This document shows, piece by piece, positions 52,993 to 64,000 of a stretch of 64,000 nucleotides of DNA. The stretch spans positions 809,924-873,923 of the forward strand of contig JAAOMT010000222.1 of NCBI GenBank assembly GCA_016748015.1, in the 5' to 3' direction. Both the position numbers and the translations under genes were made by a program. The DNA comes from Geosiphon pyriformis uo1 (taxonomy: Eukaryota; Fungi; Glomeromycota). The notes beneath the pieces are model-generated. The model ran no database searches and was not told where the DNA came from. It worked only from the letters and a program-made list of their open reading frames with translations. Each line of letters begins with the position of its first letter. The first letter of the stretch is position 1.

Positions 52993-53849
52993 CAAATCAT
53001 TGATGACATTGAACTTTTACTGAAATGGGCTATCAAGAGAATTTGTTTAAGGATAGTCAAATTAAATTTTAGAAACTTTCTGAAAATCTTAACCACAGAC
53101 AATATTGTTCGGCATATGTTTAACATCATACACGCGTTTGTTTGATATGTAGTCAAGTTCAATATAGGTAGATGGTGGGAAGAGAGAATTATTAAAATAA
53201 ATACCTGGTTCTTCCGGTCCTACATAAGTTTGAGTGAGTTCCCCAATTTCAATCCAACTATAATAATCTGCAATTAAATTCCAAATTGATTAGATTTGAA
53301 ACAAATTCATTGCGTTATAAATACAATAGTTAACAAAAACACTCACCTGGTTTCGAACTCTTTGTGCACAAATTTTCATAATTTGGCTTTGAAAAATAGT
53401 AAATTTCAAATAATTTATTAACCCAGCTCGCTAGAATATCTGTTCCTTCTATTTCCTTTACACAAGTACGCTGTATTTGTTTATATCCGTCAACCGAAAC
53501 CAAGACTTTACATGGATTCAACTGAGAACAAAAGATTTGAACCTCAGAATTAAAACGGGAAAAATTATAGTAAAAAACAATCTCGTTTTGGTTTTGAAGA
53601 TTGGTGTTAATTTTATACATATTAAGAAATCTCCATTCATGATAAAATGTATGATCAGAATTATCGAGGTGGGCGGCGTAAAGAGTTTTAAGACAAAGAG
53701 TATGTTACGTTAAAGAATTCAGAGCAAAGATCAATAAGTGTTGGATAGGAAGGATTGTGTTGGATAATAAGATTTCGTTGAGTTTTTGGGCAGAAACAAA
53801 TATAATCAAGAAAAGTATTGAAATTGGAATCAGTTTAATTAAAGACATT
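52993..53849 (-). pseudogene. Intron-containing gene for a putative secreted protein of unknown function, one in-frame TAA
   Basis: Signal-peptide-like MSLIKLIPISILFLIIFVSAQ. ORFs 53705-53989 and 53330-53620 are in one frame separated by a single TAA (53705-53707). A GTGAGT donor at ~53346 and TGCAG acceptor at ~53268 continue the frame (DYYSWIEIGELTQTYVGPEEPG...). Confidence 0.5.
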
Positions 53850-54276
53850 ATTTGTTTTTCTGAATCTTTAAGGAAAAGTCTCAATTTTAATTGAATATTC
53901 GTATCTTTTAACAAACAAGGTATATTTATACTGTCGAATTTATTATAAAACTGATGTAAATTTTTAGTAATGAAGGAGTTTGGATACAAATTATTTTTAT
54001 CTTGTGATTTCTTTAATCCCTAAGTGGTGGAAGCTTTAAACTCTATTTTTAATTTGCCCAATTTTTTAATCGTGATATCATAGTAAAGAAATTTTCTTGA
54101 ATTGGAACAAGATATTACAGTTATATTTGGGTAAATGGAGGATACGAAATCTCAAAATGGGATAATAAAGAATCAAATTCACCAAAAATTAGATTTCAAA
54201 ATTAGAAAAACTTGGTGCAATTTTAAAACCTGTTGAAATTTGCTTATTATTCATGACCACAAAGAATTATTTTCTG

Positions 54277-54279
54277 ATA

Positions 54280-54322
<43 letters not shown>
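54277..54322. repeat. (AAT)n microsatellite
   Basis: Seen directly. Confidence 0.9.
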
Positions 54323-54325
<3 letters not shown>

Positions 54326-54749
54326 TAGCTTGAATAGTAAAAGACTTGTCTTTGTAATTCATTAAATAACCTGTTATTAAATACTAACCAAGACATAGAA
54401 TTATGCTAATTGTATTATCTTTTAACTTTTCCATTTTCTTTAAAAAAATCAGCAGCTGATTACATTAATTAAATTATTTACATATGTAATTTAGTTAGAT
54501 TTATATTGCTCGTAGTTACTTTCCTCTTTATTATCTATTAATGTGCTATCTAACTTGTTACAACATAGTAATATAACAATCTGTTGTAATCATGAATCAA
54601 AATACTTGAGTAATTTAAAAAAATTAGTTTAGTGTTGATGTTGTTTGACCATTATTTTCTATATAAATACTTATTTAAAAATGAACAAAATACTGTATAT
54701 ACTGAATAAAAACACTTGTAATTTATAATACATCTTACACAAAATGTAA

Positions 54750-55400
54750 AAAATGCAATTTTATGCTGTGTGAGAAAAGAATTTAAAAGATATAAAAAGA
54801 TACGGACTTGAATAAGTATCTTTCATACTATATTGAGTTATCTTCTCAAAATACTCAAAAAAACAGCGTACAAGAATCAGTAAGCAAGAAAAATTATGCC
54901 AAATGCCTTCTGAGCATTTTATTATATGGTCTTCATGTTAACAAAAAAATTGGCAACAAATTTATCACAAAAAGTATTATGCATTTTGCAAACTATTGGA
55001 AAGCATTTAGCTGAAAATATATATGCGAAAAGTCTTTGAAAAACCATACCAATATTTAACAAAGCTCAAAATAACGAATTAAGTAATTCATGACTATATA
55101 TCTAAAATAAGATAAATTTTTGAAAATGAATGATAGTTTTAATAAAATAATGACCCAAAATATACTGGTCATTTGGCCAAAGCTCTTTTAAAAAAATATG
55201 CCTGAAGTTATCAAGTGGTCAATTAATAGCCCAGACTTAAACCCCATTGAAAAATAGTGGGTCATCTTTAAGAGTAATATAGAAAAAGAAATGTTCAAAA
55301 ATTGCAATGCATTAAAGCAATAAGAGAGAAGTAGCATAATATTTCTCGATCTACATTAACCGAGTTAGTAAAATCATGCAGCAGCAATGTGAGCTAATTA
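54750..55400 (+). mobile_element. Degenerate Tc1-like transposase relic
   Basis: NNDPKYT...EVIKWSINSPDLNPIEK*W at ~55145-55260 is the Tc1 DNDPKH...WPxxSPDLNPIENxW signature. No TIRs recognised. Confidence 0.7.
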
Positions 55401-56712
55401 TTTATATTTACACGTTAATTAAATTTACAAATTTCAAAATATTAATTCTTAAACTTATACGTATTAAATTTAGTTTTTATGATATTATTTATAAATTTTT
55501 GTTTTCATTTTGAACACTTTTTTTAGCTCGTTTTAATTTACAGCTTTAAATTATTTCAAAATAACAAATAAAATTGTAAAAAAATTACTAGCAAAATTAT
55601 GAAAATAAAAGAATATTTGAAAATAATAATAAATAAATATTCAATTCAATAAAAAAAATTATTTATCGTGTAAACTTGAATATTTTTACATTCTTCAATT
55701 CTAATTACACAATTTGGTCTTAAATGCTCGCTACTATTTTAGTATCTGTGCCAAGATTGCATTTCTGTCAATTTCATTTGAAAAATTTAGGAGAAAATAC
55801 AGATTTCCAATGAAATATTAGTCGGAATTGATTCAAAAATTATTATTATACTTATAATTTATAAACATTATCATTATAACTTTTTTATATATTAATCGGA
55901 CAATCACAATTTCTCGGAATAATTCAGTAATTTATTCAATTGCTTGACGCTTCAGAAAGATAAGATGCAAAATTTTTAATGTAGGTAAACCTACAGATTA
56001 TTATCTATTCTCTCTGAGACTCAAGTTTTTGCAAATTGGAAGCTTCCAACTCTGGTCATCCAAATATAAATGTCAAAACCATTTTTCCTCCGTCATAGGT
56101 GTGCTCACATGATCAGGCCCAGGAAAATAGTAAATTTTGAGTTTTAAACCTTAAATTTTTACCACCCTTTCAATATTATCAACTTAATATTTACACGTTT
56201 CATTATCATGTTCAAATTGACGTGACAATTTTTTTATTTGTGGAGAAATACGTTCTAAAAATTCAAAACATTGTTGCATTGATTTATTTTTTCTGATTTC
56301 AGGCTCTTTAGACTATTAAAGATTAGAAATAAATTATTTAGTTTAATAAAATAATTTATTACTAAATCTGTCTGGTAAAAGACAGCTATATTATTGGTGC
56401 ATCTTTAAGAAACTGCTACCAACAATCAAATTTAGGAATGGAAGAATAATGATATTGAAGTTCTGTAAAATCTATGAAAACATGGATAAAGAGTATATCA
56501 ACAGTTTTGAAAGTTTTTTGATTTGAATACTTATAAAATGAAAATAAATGATTGTATTTTTTGTCAATTTTCGAATAAAATAATTTTGATATGTAAGTAG
56601 TCATTGATTTCATGTATTTTGAAGTTGGAATATTAGTCTCATTGCAAAATTCCGGATTCAATTCATAAAACTTTCATAGAGAATATAAAAAAACTATTCC
56701 TTTGCAAGAAAA

Positions 56713-58132
56713 CTAGCAATTACCCATTGTAACACCGAAATAAGGGCCGTAATGTTCTTGAATGTTGTTCTCGCCTGCGATCGATTGTCCAGAATTGCAT
56801 TCCTAATTTTGTTTAATTGAATAAAATCGAAAACTCAAGGTTTATTTGGACTCCCAAATTTCGAAATGAAATAATACCAATGCAATCATTATAAGCAAAA
56901 ATTACTACCTTATTCTCCCCTGCTAAATCATCTCCAGGAATCCAAAACTTTTCCCGACGAAAATCGTTCATTCTTTCTAAATTGAAAATTTTTTGAGGTC
57001 TTCCACAATCCCATACAGCTTCTCCATCAGTTACAAACATTTCTTCATCTTCAGGACAATCACAATCTATTGGTCCAATCATTACTTCCCTTTCATGATG
57101 TTGCATTATTGAGTGTTTATTTTCAATTGGAAGAAAATGTGGGACGTAATCATTTTGACGAGTAACTCTTGTAACCTTTACTAAGTCATTCATCATTCTG
57201 GCAAGCATTATATTTCCTATTCTTGGTTGACCATAAGTATAAATATTAATATCAAGTGTCCCTTGGAATTTGATTCCGGGTGGATAAACTCCAATAAGAT
57301 CCACTATTGTAAATATTAAACCCGCTATTGCTGCATATGCTATTAATTTTTAAAAAGAAAAAAATCGAATTACTGAAGAAAAAGGTTTCAAAAACGAAAC
57401 ATTGTAAATTACTCACCACCACCTACACCATGTCCAGAAAAACAAATGCGTGTGAATCCTTTTTCTTCGATTTTACTATATATCATTGATATAATAGCAT
57501 CCATCATCATTATTACCTCATAAAACCATTCTTTATCAACTAGTACNNNNNNNNNNNNNNNNNNNNNNNNNNNNNNNNNNNNNNNNNNNNNNNNNNNNNN
57601 NNNNNNNNNNNNNNNNNNNNNNNNNNNNNNNNNNNNNNNNNNNNNNNNNNNNNNNNNNNNNNNNNNNNNNNNNNNNNNNNNNNNNNNNNNNNNNNNNNNN
57701 NNNNNNNNNNNNNNNNNNNNNNNNNNNNNNNNNNNNNNNNNNNNNNNNNNNNNNNNNNNNNNNNNNNNNNNNNNNNNNNNNNNNNNNNNNNNNNNNNNNN
57801 NNNNNNNNNNNNNNNNNNNNNNNNNNNNNNNNNNNNNNNNNNNNNNNNNNNNNNNNNNNNNNNNNNNNNNTTTTTGATAAAAATGAGAATTGAGGTGATA
57901 TTAAATGTTTCTTAATTGATTCTCGAATATTTTCAGATGGATAAAGTTTATTTTGTTTTGAATTTGAGAAATTCATCCAAATATCTTTGGATTTTAAACC
58001 ATTCAAATGTGAAGAAATGGTAATTAAAATAAAGAATATGAATGTTAAAATTATTGAAAGGGAACATAATAGGTTTGATTTTATTGAAAATAACCGAGAT
58101 TTTTTAGTAGAATTTCTTTGTATTTCAGACAT
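56713..58132 (-). CDS. Class-3 lipase-fold protein with N-terminal TM/signal anchor and nucleophile elbow GHGVG (Ser absent); spans assembly gap
   Basis: Exons 58132-(gap)-57417, 57339-56909 and 56802-56713. ICFSGHGVGG|AYAAIAG, IYTYGQPRIGN, RVTRQNDYVPH, QHHEREV, EHYGPYFGVTMGNC. Linkage of the N-terminal exon across the gap is assumed. Confidence 0.8.
57547..57870. other. Assembly gap (N run)
   Basis: Run of N. Confidence 1.
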
Positions 58133-58428
58133 TGTCTCGCTATCTTAAGCTTTGAAAAGTTTCCTAAATAATTGTGCTCAATTCAATAAAAGATTTTTAG
58201 CTCGATAATTAAAAGGATTAGAGATCACTAACATCGGAATTATCCTCACAGGTAAAAGGATATTATAAATGATTTGTTGTGGATATTTAAACTAACATTT
58301 TTAAAACTTACGATTTTTTATCATTAAACAAAATACTAAGTATAATAATAATAATAATAATACGACAGGGTGAAATCTGAGATAACAAATAGTAAAACCT
58401 GCGATGATCAGCCATGTAATGTAAAACC

Positions 58429-59700
58429 TGCGATAGATTAGTAAAACCTGCAATAGGGTAAAAACCTGTAAACCCCGTGATTGTATCAAGTGAAATCTGC
58501 GATAAATAGACATTTTTTAAGAGCAACGGCCTCTTTTGAGGGCAGACCCAATTGAAGGTACTGTAAAGTCGACCAAACTAAGTGGCACAACTTTGAATGG
58601 AAAATTCAAACAAGTAATACTGTTATTATTGAAACAGGTAAGCTTAAAAATAGAGATCCTTCTTTATTACATATAACGATCAGTTTTTATTGCAAAAAAC
58701 TCAAATCTTTCCATAGATGACAAAATCCATTATATAACCACTTTTGGGAGGAGGACGCGACTTCCAATTGCCATTGCCCTTGCTTTGTAGGTTTTTTGCA
58801 ACCCATCGTATTGATACCAGCCAGAATTTTTAAAATTTTCGAAACGAACATCGGCAATATGATGGATGTCGTTACAAAAAGAAACTCCCATCAGGCGATA
58901 TCTATATTAAAAAATTAATAAATAAATACAGTAAGTGATAAACTTAATTCAAATTTACCTTTGTTTTGTAATTTGATTTCCTTTAGGAAAATTGATTTCT
59001 TCTGGTAAATCTTTGTTCTGAAGAGACGTCTTTTCATTAATGGTGCTAATTCCCGTAACATTGATGACAAGGATCAGAGGCAGTCGCTGGTCGATTTGTC
59101 TTTTTGATACGGTATCACCCATTCTATAAATAAAGATAAAGTTAATACTTTTTAATTTTGATTAGAAATTATTCTTTATTTTATACCCTATTGGAACATC
59201 CAAGATATTCTACGTATGCCAACTTTGAAAATGAATTTTTGTTTGCATCTTCATTTACAAGTGTAATGGCTTTTACATCTCCTTCACGTACCTTAATATT
59301 CAATAAAATACTATTGTATAGAAGTATAATTCATATAAATAATAATCTCTTACCCACTTCTTATGCATATAGTCATGATCTAGAATTTTATAACCGTTAC
59401 TAAGACTACCACCTCCTAGGGATACCGTATCAAACATATATAACTCTAACACTGAGGGTACTTGTATAAGTGGCACTTGTATGCATCGAATAGTTGGCAA
59501 TAATGGGCGCCAAATGGCCTTTTTTGTTTCAATAGAGCTAATAGACAAAGCATAATCGCCCATTAGTGATAATGTTATGGTAGTAAAAGATAATGTACCT
59601 TTACCTTCTTTACACATTTTATATATTTCATTTTCTCACTTGATACAATCACGGTGTTTACAGGTTTTTACCCTATTGCAGGTTTTACTAATCTATCACA
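58429..59700. mobile_element. Segment bounded by 65-bp inverted repeats (candidate non-autonomous DNA transposon or inversion scar)
   Basis: 58429-58493 is the reverse complement of 59636-59700 with 2 mismatches. The left side lies in a cluster of GTAAAACCTG/GTGAAATCTG subrepeats (58370-58505). Confidence 0.6.
58702..59123 (-). pseudogene. USP (C19)-like cysteine peptidase C-terminal fragment
   Basis: Exons 59123-58959 and 58901-~58702 join in phase 2: QRLPLILVINVTG...DLPEEINFP...QRYRLMGVSFCNDIHHIADVRFENFKNSGWYQYDG, then a frameshifted GYIMDFVIYGKI*. This resembles the USP LPxxLxI, FPxxL, His-box and terminal YxLxY motifs. Confidence 0.55.
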
Positions 59701-62639
59701 ATAATAAATAATAGCTTGAATGACGCAATAGCATTTGTTCCACAAAAATTATCTCGATTGATGTCTCATGTGTTGTTTAGATGGTAAGAATTATCCAAAT
59801 AATTTTCAATCTAGTCATCATTTTAATCTAATCAATAATTTCAACAATTGCTTTCTTAAGACCATCATAATCCTCCTTATCTGCCTTCTGTTAAATATTC
59901 TTTCATACATTACCTTGAGTATGCCGCTTTCAAAACTCAGAACTTCGTTGGCATAAGCTGGACTACAATTCTCATTTGGTAACAGTTGTGAAAAATCATT
60001 TAGTCGAAGTTGCATCATAATATATATTCTACGAATTAAGCTAACAAGGTCATATTTTGCCATATAATAAGATGATTAGAACTGTCCCCTTTGTACAAAT
60101 ATTCAAAAACGGGATCTGCAGAGCAAGCTACTTTGCCAGTAAATCTATCTTGTTGAAAATTGTAGATTGCACACCCCAATTTAATATGATGATTTTACCA
60201 GTTTCCTGGCTCTGGAGGATATTGTATTGTCTTAAATCTTGATGCCTTATTCTCAGATTATGTATGTTCTGGGATAGCTTTAATATCTTTCTTTTCAAAA
60301 TGAGTTATTGGCTGACATATAAAAAATGATATATTATTATGTAGAAGCAGGTGAAAATATGCTTAATGTTGTCTTGGTCTAAGCCTTGCTAAATATCTGT
60401 TTCCACCAACAGATAATCTTGATATTTCTCTCTGTCTTTCAATATTTTCACTACAATATTTTAATTATTGTGGTTTTTTTCATACATGATAGAAGTTCTT
60501 CCGACTTCAATACAGGTTTTAAGAATGACTTTATTATTATAGATCATTTCCAGGTCATGCCAACCTAGTTGTTCGGACGTTGCAATGAAGAAGTTAACAG
60601 CCTAATGGAGAATTTTTTCCAGGCAAGTAGCCAGGGAGCTCTTGAGTAGAAAGTTGATATTTCTAGCAACTTTAAGAAACTTAATGTAATAACAATTAGT
60701 AATAATACCAATGATTTTGAGCCTTTAAAGGTGTAATTTCAGTAGTTTTTTACAAAAAACTCTAATGTGTTCAATATCAACATTGGTGAAGTTTATGAAA
60801 TCTCTTTGAGCTTTAATTTCTACAACAGTTACCACATTTAGAGATTTCAATTCATAATTTTTTTGTATTAAAACCATGTCTTGTTTCACATTGTCCAACA
60901 TCTCAACTTGATGGTATTATATAAATCAAACTTATTGCAGATTAGTGATGAGGCTTGTTCCATAAAATATTTTTGCTAATCCTCTTCCTTATAAGATGTT
61001 GGTGGATTGTTGAACCAGCTATGATAAATATTGTTCTCAATCTTCCTTTGCTCTAAGTGGAAAATTAATGCTCTGCAAATTATCATGAAGTTGAATAAGC
61101 TGATCTTTATCTCCTTTTCTGTACCTTCAAAATGTGAATATAAGAAAAATAAAGAAAACAATATATAAATGTACCACAAAGAGTCAAGCAAGGTAACGTA
61201 AACATCATTCTTTTCATCTTCCTGGTTAGCCAGTCATCTTCTAGTTTGCAGCGGAAGTTAGTCAATGTTACAAATACTATATACCAAACATTCTCCAAAT
61301 ATAGATATTTCTTCCATAAAACGCATAATATTAAATATTTTTAAAGCAAAAAATTATACTATTATTGTTGCTAAAAAATAACTTAAGAAAACAAAAAATT
61401 TTATTTAATTATGAATTTTGTAAAAATATAAATTGAAAAAAAAATTAATTTTGGTCAAATATTATTACAAAAATAATTTTTTAGAAATAATTCAACAACA
61501 ATTGCAAAATAATGATAATAATAAATCTAATAATAAAAATAGTTATAATAAGAAAAAAACTTAATAAATTAATTTTTACAATATTAACAAGTAATATCAA
61601 ACTATTAAACAATGTTAAAACTAATTAAAAAGAATTATAATGAATTTAAAACTTATTTGCCGGCTATATTACAATATATATTAAAAAAGAGTTTGTCATT
61701 AACCAAAAAAAAGCTAAATAGAATTATCAAAAACATAGTTCTGGTGCCAAATGTTAATACAACTATTACTTTACACTTAATTAATAAATATAAAACCCGT
61801 TTAATTTATTATAAAAATCAAAAACTTATCAGTTTAATTTTAGGACAAAAAAATCAAACCATTCTAAAAAACCATTCAAAGTTTAATTTTTGAAATTGGA
61901 CATTTTCAAAAAATAAAAATTTGACATTTTCAAAAAATAAAAATTTGACATAAAAAGTTACAAATAATCGAGCCTCATTTCGTGAAGCGAATAAAAAATA
62001 ATTGTATTAAAAAAACTTTCTAAAAAGACCAATATTATTTAAAATATACCAAAATCAGTTAATTAAAGCTTTGTTTTAGGTTTACTTAAATAACATAATA
62101 ATATACTTAAAAACTTAGAATCAATAGTTTATACATCGCCGAATAGTTTGCACCTTTTTCAAAATGCTCAACTTTGAATTAGCTTAATTAAATCTTTTTT
62201 AAACAGCAATCAACTCAATTGTTGGTTGTTTTAAAAGATGAATTTTTTGATTCTATTAATGTTAAAAATTTTTAAAAACATGAGCAATCAATAAATATAA
62301 ATGAAGTGCAATTTTTTTAAACTAGTATTATATCTTTGAAAATTTTAAAAATTGCTTTTCTTTTGAATCAGCTTTCAAAAAAAAAGCTTTTGAATTAATA
62401 TGACTTAAAATAAATAAAAACAACAAAAAAATCTTTATATTATTTAAATATTCAATAAATGAAAAAATGAAAAAAAATTAAGAAATACACAATATGTAAA
62501 TTAATATTAATAATTTATAAAAATTAGCAATGATTAACGAATTAATAAAAATCACTTAATTAGCTAGAATAATCTTATAATACCAATGTGAATCCAAATT
62601 ATCACGAATTAATATGAGAAAGCTGAAATCACATTAGCA

Positions 62640-62810
62640 AAAATATTTTAAACAATTAATTTCTAAATTTGTTAATATTTTTGCTTAAGACAATAATGAC
62701 TTGAAAAAAAATAATTTGGTTTAATTTAATTATTGATAAGCTCATTAATTTTTTTTGTTAATAAAACAAAAAATTTTTGTGTTACTACCAAAAACTTAAC
62801 AATATTTAGA
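62640..62810 (+). mobile_element. Eroded Gypsy pol fragment
   Basis: AAACAATTAATTTCTAAATTTGTTAATATTTTTGCTTAAGACAATAATGACTTGAAAAAA aligns with 34768-34830 (AAACAATTGATAGCTGAATTTGCAAATATATTTGCAAAAGACAACAATGACTTGGGAAAA). An FCV(D)Y-like remnant lies at ~62775. Confidence 0.65.
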
Positions 62811-64000
62811 AAAAAATGTTCTTTTAAACTTAACAATTTACCACTAATATTTTAATGATTAATAAATATTGTATATTTAAAACTTTTATGGAAATTAATG
62901 GTTGTTATTTAAATAACACTAATATTGGCTTTTCGACTTTTAAAGTCATTTATATTACTAACAAAAAATCTTTTAATAATTATGAAAAACAAAATTAAAA
63001 CTAAATATTAAATTATATGATAACTAAAAAAGAATAATAGCTTTATTATTGATTTGTTGTTAAGAATTTTACGACTTTTAATAGTAATTGTGATATTATT
63101 AAAATTATTATTAATATGTAATTTAGAAAAACTTTAATTGAATTAAAATTTATAGTCAAAAGAAAAAAATGCTTTCAAAACAACTAAAAATTATTTTAAA
63201 TCTGTATTAATTAAGAAAAATATTTTCACAATATTTTGTTTAAGTATTTTTTTTTCTTTTGTGGTTTGATTTTAAACATAAAATTTACAAATTTAAACGA
63301 TAAAAATTGGGTTTAAAATACTTTTTTAGTTATTTTAAATCAATTTTAAAACCAATTTTCTCAGAAATTAGAATTATTTATTATTACAGATTTTTTAATT
63401 TTGTTAAAATTATATTATTTTTTAGAAAATACTACAAAAAATAATACAAATCATTATTATTAAATAATTAAAATCATTTAATAAATCAAACTTTTTAATA
63501 ATTATCATTATTTAAAAATTTAAGGACAAATTTTTAACATCAGTTTCTTGATTTTTAGAATTTCACATTTTTTTATTGTAATTCAAGTTGCATAAAGTAT
63601 GTTAAACAACAATAAAAATCAAAAATACACAAATATATTTAATTGTGGCATTTTAAAAAAATTGGGGAATATAATAATATTATAATAAAAAGTAGACTTA
63701 AACAAATATAAAGATTGAATTTTTTTACAAAAATATTATTATTGTTTTGCTTAATAAAATAATAAGTATAAAGTTATTTTTAAATTGACCGATGCATTTT
63801 AATTAAAAAAACAACCATTTTAAGAATCTTTAATCTTAGAAATATTTACAGATTATAGATTAAATAATATATTTATTTGTTTAGTGAATCATACAAATAA
63901 AATAAACATAGCTCGAAAACTCTGTATTTTTTTATAAGAAACAATGCAAATAGAAAAACTGGATTTCAAATCTTAACTACTTTTTACATTTGTAGTTTGT

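Noticed and set aside
56416-56661. 81-aa ORF just downstream of the lipase-like gene
   Set aside because: Non-ATG start and no recognisable motif. It could be a paralogue fragment, but this is unsupported.
58370-58505. Short spaced repeats GTAAAACCTG resembling a CRISPR or iteron array
   Set aside because: Eukaryotic context, 10-bp repeats with irregular short spacers and no cas genes. Better explained as transposon subterminal repeats.
61897-61951. ~24-bp tandem duplication (GACATTTTCAAAAAATAAAAATTT)
   Set aside because: A simple local duplication with no associated structure.

Overview
AT-rich eukaryotic (fungal) genomic DNA with short GT-AG introns. The repeat families and lipase-like genes look like Glomeromycotina, possibly Geosiphon/Ambispora-like; this is inference, not a database result. 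Compact gene islands sit among heavily C>T/G>A-eroded transposon remnants. Genes reconstructed by hand-splicing: a La-motif + xRRM protein (493-1896), APC11 (14311-14836), VTC1 (15272-16037, with Pho4-type E-boxes upstream), cyanase CYN1 (16498-17624), lipoyl synthase LIP5 (17816-19561), an uncharacterised circularly permuted ATP-grasp ligase-like gene (20211-22481), a secreted-protein-like gene with one stop (~52993-53849) and a class-3 lipase whose catalytic Ser is replaced by Gly (56713-58132, spanning an N gap). VTC1 and CYN1 are essentially absent from the ORF track. Mobile elements: a Ty3/Gypsy element (29500-~39900) carrying a Cys-rich insert, a dUTPase and an extra ORF after pol, with a young 5'-truncated RNase H-type LINE nested in that ORF; a solo LTR of the same family inserted into another LINE; several LINE copies sharing a 3' stem-loop; a full-length Tc1 (DD34E) element with perfect 29-bp TIRs; a second Tc1 relic; and a 65-bp inverted-repeat-bounded segment holding a USP-like peptidase pseudogene.
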